Made by a program: the position numbers and the translations under genes
In this document: positions 1 to 11,800 of the stretch, one piece after another
Layout: every line of letters starts with the position of its first letter
Numbering within the stretch: the stretch's first letter is position 1
Notes under the pieces: model-generated
The model's input: the letters and a program-made list of their open reading frames with translations, nothing else
Databases searched by the model: none
What the model was told of the DNA's origin: nothing
Assembly: GCF_964194025.1 (NCBI RefSeq)
Contig: NC_134468.1
Location: forward strand, 56,916,001-56,980,000
Direction of reading: 5' to 3'
DNA length: 64,000 bases
From: Convolutriloba macropyga
Taxonomy: Eukaryota

Positions 1-1763
1 TTGTAGCCAAGACTTCTTTTAGTGTTGACTTCTTCCACTAAGTCTCGGAATCTCTTGTCGTACCTGTGAGCTGTTGATTGAAGCTCCCCTCCGCTGGTTG
101 TGCTCGAATTGCCTGGTTGCTGTTTGCTTTGCTTGTTCCGTTTAAACGAGGTCAATTCTTCAACGTGTTTTGTGAATTGCACTCTTCTGTTCGCCTCACT
201 GGCCTGTTGCTGTTGATTTGTTTGATTCTCTTTTGGGGTTGCCATCGGCAATCTCTTCATCAGGTTGGACAGCAGTTTGCCTTCCACTGTCCGGGTCGGC
301 GGACCAAATGTAACGGCTGCTCTCCTATCAAAGTCAAGGAAAACTTTACACCGCCCAGTTCGTTTCAGCGGTTTCAAATCTGTCCGGATATTGTGTTTTT
401 GCAGTTAACTTTTGTGAACTGTATTATCCGCTATTCTATAGATTACCGTTGCATTACTTGTTGCTCTATCACTCTTGATAACTAATCGCTCAGCTTTGCT
501 GTTTAACAATATTGTTTCTCTCAAAATAACAAAATAATTCAAATTGAAACAATCAAATTTTTTGAGTTTTTGTTAATGACTCAACTTATAAACGGATATT
601 TGGAATTCTAATACCGACAAGTTGTAGCCCTATAACTTGGCTATAGTCTTGCAAAGTTTCAGCATTCTATCTATAAGATTGCAAAAACAGTCAGAAAACT
701 TTAAATGTAACTGAACAACAACAATAAATTTTTTAATTTTAATGTTAGCAAGTCTCTCTATTGGTTTCAAATAATGATTTATTCTAAATTGAACTGCTTG
801 AAATGACCTTGGAGCGCTATTCAATTTATTTTATGAGTTGCTAAGCTCAGCCGCAATATTTCGCTTGACCAATTTTTCGTGTGACGCATTTGACTTTTCG
901 TCCTCAAAAATGGGATAAACCGGTAGCGGGCATTAGGTGCTCTTAGAGCCTTAAAGCTCTGCTGCAGCTCAAACTGTTTTGGACGGCTCTTAGAGGTTGA
1001 AGACACCCCCACTGTTGACCCCCCCAACTTGCATTTTTTCAAGTTCTTCCAAATTTTTTGTCGGTTTTTAGGTTTCTGCAGCCTCAAAAGCCAAGTAACC
1101 TCATCTAGTGTTTTGCAATAGGCTACTACAGTTTCTAAATGTAATGGAATGTTTTTCAAGATTTCAACACCACGAATTTTAGCATTTTTTATTACAAAAC
1201 ATTCGATTCTTTTTTTGACCTTTATTGTCATTATTCAGGTTTTTCAGCCTGACAGGAAATCTCCGTTAAGGTTTGATAGTAAGTTACTGGCAGATGTTTT
1301 TTTGGCCATGGATTAGTTTTCAACTTTTATTTTCAAATTTTGGCAGTTTTTTTAAAACCTTTTTTGTCATTTTTTAGGCTTCTCCAACCTCAAGAGCCAC
1401 ATAGTTTCCTCTAGGTTGTGATTATAGGTTACTGCATAGCGTCTAGATGTTTTGCAATTTTTTTTCAAGATTTTAATCAGCAATTTTTAATTTTCTTGAA
1501 TTTTTTCATTTTTCCGGCACCAAGGTCCTAGGGACCTCCTCCAAGGTTTGATGATAAGCTGTCGAATAGTTTCTAGTTAATGGATTGGTTACCAATAATT
1601 TAATGTAGTGACTCCAGTTTTAGCATTTTTTTGATAAAATTTACAAAAATTTTCAAATTTTCGGAAAATTATCTTGCTCCAAGTTTATGGATCTTTGAGC
1701 CAGTGGAACTATTGCTTAAGATTAAGATAGGGATTATGGATAGTCCTTTGAGACAATGAAATG

Positions 1764-2337
1764 GTTTTAAAGATTTTGAATTTTAGTAGGGTCTTGTTAA
1801 AATTTGCTATTGTTTTCAAAATTTTCGAATATTATTGTCCCTTTCTGAGTTTAACGATCATTACTGGCTAACGAAGTTTTTTCAAGTCTTGCAGATTGGT
1901 TACTTGACATAACTCCGGAGACAAAACATAGTTTTGAACATTTTCAATGCGAAATCTGGAAGTTTTTCTTTTAAGTTTTGCAATATTTTGCAAATTTTTA
2001 AAATCAGTTATTTGATTTAATTACTAACAATGCTAGAAAACTATAAGTTGGTTTTGAAGATTTTGAATTTTAGCAGGGTCTTGTTAAAATTTGCGATTGT
2101 TTTCAAAATTTTTGAATATTATTGTCCCTTTCTGAGTTTAACGATCATTACTGGCTAACGAAGTTTTTTCAAGTCCTGCAGATTGGTTACTTGACATAAC
2201 TCCGGAGACAAAACATAGTTTTGAACGTTTTCAATGCGAAATCTGGAAGTTTTTCTTTTAAATTTTGCAATATTTTGCAAATTTTTAAAATCAGTTATTT
2301 GATTTAATTACTAACAATGCTAGAAAACTATAAGTTG
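1764..2337. repeat. Recent head-to-tail tandem duplication, 2 x 287 bp (1764-2050 / 2051-2337)
   Basis: The block gtttt(a/g)aagattttgaattttag...aatgctagaaaactataagttg occurs twice at a 287-bp offset with only a few substitutions. Confidence 0.95.
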
Positions 2338-5239
2338 CAGAGTCGAATCAAGCTAAAGCTGGCCTCACTAAGACGTGGCTAGCTACTGACGAAGCCAACC
2401 GCTCGCCAGTTTTAGAGCAATTTGCCCGACATTAGTTGGTTATGTTTAGTAGCTGCGAAGCTGTAAACTGAGCGGAGCTATATTGCGGTGCTCTTGGCTT
2501 TTACGGCTCGAAGAGGAGTTTTGGTTTTCTTAAGGGTTTTTTGTTACCGGAATTATTATTTATTCAGGCGGTGTTTTGACCTAATAGTGAAAGTGAGTAA
2601 AATTGCCGTGTGAACTAATCTAATTTTTGAGCGAGAGAAGTTTTTTGTTCATGCGCTGCGTTCAATGAATGACTTTTTGACTTTGAAAAGAGTTTTTGAG
2701 AGATTGGCGCATAGAGATGAGATTTTAGCAGTGTTTTCGTCCCTCTGACCCATTTTTTTTAATTGTAACTTGGTTTTTTTATAGAAGTAAAATTTGATCA
2801 ATGCTGCAAAAATATGCAACATTCTGAAATCGATACCACAAAGTGTCGGAGAGCTTAAGAATGCGTTTCAAGTGCAAAATTGGCCTACATTTCTCAATTT
2901 TTTTCATTGGTTTCTTCATTTTTTGGCTGTTGGAGTGGACTTTTTTCAACTAAATTGGTTAATATGTCAACGTCTTGTTGATTATTCCTGAATTGGATGC
3001 CACTTTTTGACGTGAGCTGTTTTTTTTTTGAAAAATTGTAAACATCCTAATCCGATTTTGGTTGTCGTCATAAATTTTTTGAAATATTTTCTTTGTACTT
3101 TGGTTGTATTTAACATAGAAAGTCGTTTGGTGCACCATCGGTGTTTTTCGTTTCGTTTTGATGCTAATTGAATTGTTTTTGAACCCTTTAAAATTCTGTG
3201 AATACGTTTACCATATTTTTTTCGAATTGTTTTACTTTTTCGCAATTGAGCTCTTTTCACTTCTTACTCAGACAGGAAGATGGCTATGGAATGTTCCTAA
3301 ACCTCGATTGTTTAATAACAAGAAATCCATGCTTTTTTACCTCATTTTTTTTATTTTAATTTTTAATTAAATCTTCCAATTTAGTTTTTATCAATTTTCA
3401 GAAATTGCGAATTAGATTTTTTTTAATCGTTTTCTCAATGTATTTATTCTCCACACTCTAGCATGTTTTTTCTAACTTTCTCCTAATACCTATAGTTTTA
3501 CTCGCCCTGCCTTTTTCAAATCGAAAATTATCGATTTGAACTAATATTTTATAATTTTTCCTTTAAATTAAAGTTTTTTTGTTTAAAATTGATTGTTTTC
3601 AACATATGGCACATAGGTTTTGCTAGCTTCACTTTTACAAATTTTGAACAACACCCTTTTTCTGCGAATACTCTCACCGGTTTGTTTCAGTATCATACGA
3701 ATTTTTGCGCTTGAATATTGTTCTTCCTCTTCAGTCTTAATTGTTAATGATCAGTTTCGATTTGATTTTTTTCATCGTTTAGTTTTATTGCGTTCATTGT
3801 GATATAAAGCGACAACGTTTTTTAGTTAAAGCGACAAAGTTTATTTAATAACCAATTGATTACTGTTTTTACATTGTAAAATAGTGTTTCGATTGAGAGA
3901 ACCTACGGAAATTGATAAATTTTTCTTCGAAAGTAATGGTTTGTGAGCCTAACATGGCTTGACTTTTGGTGCTTGCGTACTTTGACGTTTTCAAAGGCGT
4001 ACAGAACTTTTGGTTTGTTTTATATTTGAGCTTAATGTAATACTTTAGTTCAGTTGTTTTTAATGGGCTATATTCATTTTTTTACTGATTTTTTTGTATT
4101 TTTAGTTGCCACTTTAGTAGGAACCAGTTGATTTAAAAGGTACTTCTTTCACAAAGACGACTCTTCGAGTCATTTCCGGAATTCTTCTGGCAAGTTTTGT
4201 TTCGTCGTCTGACGCTCTTTTCCGTTTTACGTTTGTTCACACCCTAAAGCTGAAAAGTCAAATTTTCTGAATTACTTCTTCCTCTCACTAACGGCATTTG
4301 CGCGCTTGACGTCATTTCTCACTCTCTTTAGCCAACGTTTTTTTGCTTATTTGCGTGATTAGATTTGATCATACGTGACTCACCTCACTCAATAAAATGA
4401 CTTTTGCACTTTAAAACTTAAGTTTAATTTGAATTAAATTAAGGTCAAAGGAACTCATATGTGTAATAAAGGTCACTAGTAAAAGGGCTTCTGCGCAATG
4501 AATTTCAACGAGCTTTATTAATTTATCACTGAATGTTTTTTACAACAATTTACAACAATGAATGTTATTTCTTATTTCTTTATTTCTTTGAAAACTTATT
4601 TCTTTGAAATGATTTTGTAGCATTTTAATTCAATTTTATTGAGAATTTTGTCATTAAAACCATAACTTTTAGTAAGTTTCAAAATTAATATGGAAAATTT
4701 TTCTGTTAAATTGTCAAGAAAAAACGGCAGTTTGTTCAGTTAGCTGATTGTTTTAATATGTACCAAGACTTCAATTTAGTTGTTTGAAGACGCAAAAACT
4801 GCCGTTCATTCTGTTTGAATTTTGCAACTTGTGATCTTTGATGCTATTTTGTTGCTTTTACTATTTCAATAATCAACAATTTTTTTGCAAAGCTTGCTAG
4901 CTTTTTGTTCAACACAAAACATTTGATAAATTAGTACCCAAATTTTAACAAATATCCTCAAATGTTCTTCGCATAGTAAGTTTGCGGCTGTCAGTGACTT
5001 GGGAGACCCTAACTTTAAGTCTTCGAAAGAATTTATGTATTACTTTTCGTTATTCAGTTTTGGTCGTTTTTTCTCGTCTCTGCCTAGCTGTCAACCATCT
5101 GAAAATTTTTTCGAGGAATATTTGTGGAGTACATGAAACAAAAAGTTGTTTCAATCTAAATTTCATCTGAACTATATTCCTATTTTTTGGTTAAAACTTT
5201 AAAGCAATGAGCAATATTACAAGATGTGTCATTAGCTAT

Positions 5240-8212
5240 AATACCGTGTAGTTTTCGTTCGCCTCGTGCTTTGCCCGTATTTCTCATTTTTGACTTACAT
5301 TTGACATTTTTGACTTATCTGTCTTTTGACTCACTTTTTTGACAAAGAGATAATAAAAAATAGATATTTGAGTTTGAAAAAATCGTTACACAACCAAACT
5401 AATAATTGAATTAGATAATGCCATGCCTCATCACAACGAGATATGCTATTGAAAAGTGTACGAGAAACAACAACAACAAAAAACAAAAATTTTACAGCAA
5501 AAACATATATAAATTAAAAAGCATCTAGTAACAACGTCAAATTTCAATCAGACAAAACTCTAACTACACAAATTTACTTGTTGCTAACTACGCAGCAGAT
5601 GGGATTTTTTCTTAATGAGACTAGGTAACAAGTCGGCGAAATGAAGAAATAATGAGGCGAAATTCAAAAATCAAGCAAAATTTTTTAAACGAATTAATTT
5701 CAATATTCTTAAAAATCATTAGCTTTTAACAAAATAAGTATTAAGAAATTTACTCAAAGGTCATAATTAAACCGAGAGGATCTGTCTTCGGTTAGAATAA
5801 GCCTTAGGAACGGACAAAAGATGCTGAAAAACTCAAAAAAAATACGAACAAATTACAAAAATTGCGAAAACACAAATTAGTGAAGCCATTAAAATCATTA
5901 GCTATTATCTGAATATTGTGTTTTTATTTCAATTTCTATGCATACTAATCCAGCTAAAATTATTCTGAATAAATAAGTTAAATTGAGCCAAATTTGAAAA
6001 TCGTTGGGATCTGTTATTACGCGATTGTGCTAAAGGAAGTGAAAAAGAAACAAATACACAACTCACATAAATTTTTATGAAAACGCGTATTGTCCTACAA
6101 ACAAAACTTTTTGGTATAAACTGATTGCTTTGGGTAAAATCTTTGATTCAATCCTGAATGACTAGCTTATGAGACCGGTCAGCATTCTGCGGCTACCTAA
6201 AGAATAAAAGAAACAGGCAAAAACAGCAAAATTCAAAAAAAAAAAAAATTGAGCGAGAAGTGTTGAAGCTACTAAAATGAAATTTTCAGTAAAAAGCCTT
6301 CTACTTTCCTTCAACTTGAGCAATTAGATTCTTCTTTACAAAATTTTGAGTCCAATAAATCAACAAACATGAACTAATAAGTTGAAACCACAAAAGTTTT
6401 GAGAAAACCATAATCTCAACGCCATTAAATCCAATAGCTGTCAACGGAAGCTAATAAATACGCTAAGTTATGACTCGATAAGACGGCAAGGATGTTTGTC
6501 ATTCATAAGTCATCAATAAGACTTTACAATAAGTCATTGACTATGAAAACAACAGCAAAGACAGTCAAAATCCAAAAATTATGTATAAAAGTGCGAGAAG
6601 TGTCGAAGCCATTTAAAACATAAGCTTTTCTCTGAAAACTTTATGTATGATCCCTCAAAACTCTTCTCTTAGCCAATGCAACTATCTTTTTCAACAATAA
6701 TGTGTTAAGATTCCAAAAGGTACGATAATTACAAAAAAAATGTCCAAAAATTTAAAATAAAATTATGAAAACTCCTGCATCAAAGTCATAACACCAATAG
6801 CTACACAATAAAGTCGCCAACTAGATTAGCTTTGGCTGATGCAGAAAAGAAAGCGGTCCGGTTATTCGTGAGACTGACTTACAGTTCACGAAAATAAGTT
6901 AAAGATCGATTAATTTTAAAAAAAAATTCTCAAAAAATCATTTTTTTAAAGTCTTAACAGCCATTAAAATCAATAATTTTTGACGGAAGTCAATAAATAC
7001 GCTCAATTATACCTCGATTGGAGGACAAGGATCTTTGTCATGCATAGATAATCAATAAGACTTCACGATAAGTCTTAGGACTATGGAAACAACAACAAAT
7101 ATAGTCGAAAACCAAAAGTTCCGTAGAAAAGTGCGAGAAGGAAGTGTCGAAGCCATTTAAAACAGAAGCATTTCTCTGAAGACTTTATCCATGATCCATT
7201 TAACGTCTTCTCTAAGCCAATGGGAGATATCAATATCAGAATAATGTGATAAGATGTCAAGAAAAGCCAATAAAACAAAAATATCCAATTTTTTTTAAAT
7301 TTTGAAATCTTGTGGCCTTGAAGCCATATAACAAATAGATAAAACCGCTAATCACATTAGTTTTGGTTGCAGTAGAAAGGAAGGGGGTCCTGTTCTTACT
7401 GTGAATGACCTACAATTCAGGAAAATAAAATTATGATCGATTAATATTAAGGAAATTTCTCGAAAAACCATTTTTAAAGTCTTAACAGCCATTAGCTGTT
7501 CAATCAAGGCTCTAGATAGATTCTCCTAATGCTCATCACAAAGCCTATTGCACTTTTAATCAATGAATATATTCCACTGGACTCCAAAAACTTAGTTAAG
7601 TCTCAAAAAGAATCAAAATTTCATTTAAAATTACGAAAATTCAAAGAGTCGAAGCCAAAAAAACACGAGCTATTCCTTGAAAACGATTTTTTTTCGTTGG
7701 GCTTCAATAGAATGTAAAACAGGTTTTTCGTTAACGGAACTTCGATATGAAAAGTGACTAGTCTCTAGGGGACTTAAGAAAACAAAAAAAATATAAAAAG
7801 TTTTCTAAAAAAGAGCTCAAATAAAATCGGATTTTTTTAATAGTAAACTTTCCTATGAGACCAGAACTAGTCTTTTTATCACCTTTCGTCTATGCGAAAC
7901 TCAAAATTGATCATTTTGTGGCGTGAAATGTATTTTTGAATTGATATTTTTTATAAAATGGCCTTAATTTCAAGAAAAATTACCTTAAAGTTAACAAAAT
8001 CATGCCAAATATCTCGTGTTTACACAAAACTTCTATCTTCAATAACTCCTCGAAATAAAAAAAATCTTTTTAGTTTCGAGTTCTACGCTGGACGAGCTTT
8101 TAATGATACCACTCACATTTCTCTACGATTAATATATCGACCGGCCAAAATTATCTGACCAAAAACCCATTTGAGTATATAATTGCTCCCCCCACAAGTG
8201 GGGTCGGAACAA
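5240..8212 (-). mobile_element. Non-autonomous Helentron/HINE (DINE-1-like) element, copy 1
   Basis: Collinear similarity to 30275-33905 over ~3 kb. The right end has a hairpin CCCCAC-AA-GTGGGG (8190-8203) overlapping GGGTCGGAACA (8201-8211). The interior has degenerate tandem subunits with a ~540-bp higher-order unit (from ~6420 and ~6960). No coding capacity. The left boundary is degenerate and approximate. Confidence 0.65.
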
Positions 8213-8792
8213 TAAGAGACTGGGAGCTGTTTATTCTATCAGATTTAAATTCGAGCCCAATTTTGAAGTTAATAAAATTAAAAAAAAGTGCTATGTCTGA
8301 CATTTTTTCGAAAAAAGGCGTCGGGTTGGTTGCATTGAATATTGTCCGGCGCGATTCATGGCAAAAGTGAACAGGAACAACACAAAATACATTTTTTGTC
8401 CTGAAATTAATGTTAATTTTTATTTGGATATCTACTGGCATTATAAACCCTTACACAGTTTTTTAAATGTTAATTTTAGTGGTTTTGTGCAAACTTCTTG
8501 ATTGACTCGGGGAAGAAGTTTCATCAGCACTACAGCTCGAGTGAGAGGTTATCTTGACATTTTGAAACGTTATCAAGAGAGAATATACTTGTACCGCTTA
8601 TCACTGAATAAAACTGCAGCCAGCGTAAGATGAAGAACTGTTGGTTGAAAGTTATAAGTTTTTTGGCACTTAGCACACGTGCGAAGTTCCCCTGCAATTG
8701 TAAAAAGAAAAGAACAACAGTTAAATTGAATATATTTGCATATCACATTAGTCATAATACAGCTTCAGTTTTAGAAGAGCTACACAGCTAGG

Positions 8793-8798
8793 TTTATT
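8793..8798 (-). promoter_or_regulatory. Candidate polyadenylation signal (AATAAA) of the gelsolin-like gene
   Basis: tttatt on the + strand reads AATAAA on the - strand, ~60 nt downstream of the TAA stop at 8859. Confidence 0.5.
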
Positions 8799-8858
8799 GA
8801 TTGACTGATTGATGGTCATAATAACAAAACGTTTGCCTGTTGATTCGGTCGTAACTCC

Positions 8859-11800
8859 TTAGTCGAGGGAACCCATGAATCCTTCGTTCTTGGCGGCCTT
8901 TTCTTCGTCGATAACAGTCATAGGTACATATTTCAGCCCATTGTCCTCAATGTATTTCTGCAACACAAAATTCAAAATCAATCTTAAGCTGAATACTTTG
9001 CGGTTGATAATAGGAATTTACTTAAGTGTTAGAAGGTCGGAAAGACAAACAAACGTAAATTTTGCATAAAGTAAACTTGATTGTTTCAAAATTAATCTGC
9101 ATCCTATCCACGATCTTTTCTGTTTGTGCACCTACCGATATTAATCTGCTTCAGCTTTGTCAACATTTATTCATCAATAAGGTTCTAATTCATCAATGAG
9201 GAGCTCTAGTTCCACTAAAAATGCAGTACTTACATCTCCGAACTTAATGGCACTGAGTCTCTCAGCGAGAGAACATCCCTTGCTCTTGAACACGTAGATG
9301 GTGTGCATGGCGTCAAAGACAAACACGTCCTGTAAAAACAACAACATACCTACAATTAAAACTGCATTGTGAGATGAAATCAGTTTGAGGTTATGTTTCA
9401 CTCTAAAAATTCAAATTTAGCGGCTGGAGACCAGTTTCGGAAAAAAAATCACCGAATTTCAGATAGTAAATAAACTCGGTAGGAGAAATAAACCCCAAGG
9501 AAAGAAAAAGCCCACGGAAATAAAACCCCCACTTGACTGCTAATTTAGCGCATTTGGCCATGCCTCTTGACGCAAGAAAAAAGACTATCATTGGAATGAC
9601 TGTGCCTAATCATTAACATGATTAACATTAACATTTGTAAATTGTTTTGGGAGTAAGACGGAGGTACTGACCCCAGTATTTGACATGTCCTTTAGTGCGA
9701 CCTTGCCCTCCTTCTCTTTTGTGAATGTGGGCTTGCCAGAAGCATCGCTCACTCTGAAATCACAACTTGATTTTACTTCTGATTAATGATATGTTTCGGT
9801 TCCATCAGATGGAGCGCTTCTTGACAGCAAATAAATCGCGCTTATTGGCTATTGATACAACTTTTACTGACTTCGTTTGACGTGGAATTTATTATCATGA
9901 CATTTGTGAGAGCTATGTTATCGCATTATTTCAGCCTTTGCTCAAGTTTCAAATTTAGAAATGTTTGGTTTAGTGACAGTTCAATGGATTATGTTGAAAT
10001 ATTTGATTTGATTTCATTCATGCTAATCTAAATGTGTTACGCTTCTATAGTCATCGAATGCCGCATCTGGGTCTCGAGGCAATCGAATATGAACTGATAG
10101 TAGTTAAGATAATCTAAAATCACGTATGAGCATGTGTTGTCTTTTCCATATTTGTATACCTGTAGAGTGACTTGACTTTGGACCAGACAGCCTGGTCTGG
10201 TTGATCCCTGGGTCCACTGATGGGGAAACACCTGTCGTAGAATTCATCACCGGGACGCATATCTACTTCGTCATGTACCTCCACCTTGGGCTTACCTCCC
10301 CTCTCCGACTTCAGTTTGGATACGAATTGAGTGGCCTGGAGCAATCAGAACCAAACATCAGTCAACTACGGCCGTGAAGTCGAAAATTGATGAAAAAGTT
10401 TTTTAATTTATGAATGATTATTAGGAGCTGGTTTTAATGTTTACTAGATTTTGGCCATTGTAAACTGTTGTTGTCTGAAAACAAAACATTGGTAAGTCTT
10501 GGATAGTGTTTTTACCCTAGCATACGCAAATGTGACCGTTCTGTTGTTGATAGCGAAAAATCTTGAGATATTCCATGAAAATCACGTTAGTATTTTGACG
10601 CTCTTGTAAGATTAACACTTTCGTTTTGAGACATTCAAAGTGTCAATGGCGAAATATGTATGAACACGAGGTGGGTGTTTCACCTGAAACTGTAGTAAGA
10701 ATTGAGGTTAAAAAATTAGCAGTCAAAAAAATTTTGTTTGCGGTGTGTTTGTAAGATGTAATTTAGGGCTAAGTTTTTTCATCACATTTAATGTAAAAAA
10801 CATGCCTTACAAAAAATTCTTTGCATTCACCACAAATCATATTTTTTAACGAAAACTCGACCCGAGAAGATTTATCTAGCTTACCTTCATTTTTTCCATG
10901 CCACTTGCGCTCTTTCCATTCCACTGGTGGATGTCCAGTCCGTTGTCGAGGATGAACACATCCCCACTGTCCAGGTTAGCCCTCTTGCACTGCACCTCAC
11001 TCATCACAAACTTGCCCTTCTCAATTCGGAATCGCAGCAGACGAGGCTTGTACTCCTTGGCCTCAACGTGGACGAAACCAGAGTCAACTCCACCCTGTTT
11101 GATGCTAAAGAAGACCAATCCGTTTACATTTTTAAATTTGACATAACTTTCTACAAGTTCAGCTTTATTCTGATTAGTTTGTGAGGTTGGGTCCTCGTTC
11201 TGATTCGACAGATAATTATCAGCGCACGGGGGTAGGGGTGCATTTTTATTACATGGACTGAGACCCAAGTCAATATATGCCATTGTTGCGTATGGCAAAT
11301 CAACCCACAATCCGGAGTATTCAAAACGTGACTCAATTGGGTCATCATAAGTCTGTTTCACATTTCACCGTTGAAACTTATTAGTGCTAAATGAGCAGAT
11401 GAGGGCTACTATTTTATGCATTTGAATGAAGGCTTTTAATCTAGGAGAATCTATGGAGATCAGCATAGTAGCAGAACCGCACGCATTTTGGCTGCTGATA
11501 TTGCTCTCTAGGGCGCTGAATGCATAGAATTGATTATAAGAGGTCATTGGTATAGTTCAGATGATCGTTTTAACACAGTTTGACCTATCACACCGAGAAA
11601 CAATCAGCAAAGATTGCTTATAAAGAGAATACATTACAATTTAAATCTTCATTGACTTCGGTTTTCGGAGAATTTTTAATCCGTATGTTCTGATAAGAAA
11701 TCGATTCTTATTAAATAAGCTTTTTTTTTGAATAATAATGTTTTGGTTTAATCTGCTCAAAGAAATGCTAAACAAATGAAATACTCCAGCAGTTTTTATG

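Noticed and set aside
78-485. 135-aa + strand ORF
   Set aside because: Starts at TTG and has no recognisable motif. It is more likely the antisense shadow of the open minus-strand frame.
530-5200. Short K/F/L-rich ORFs (e.g. 821-1231, 2982-3260)
   Set aside because: Compositional by-products of T-rich degenerate repeat sequence, with no domain signal.
11105-11361. N-terminal half of ORF 10876-11361 as part of gelsolin
   Set aside because: Intronic read-through. Gelsolin similarity and the phase-compatible acceptor begin at 11104.
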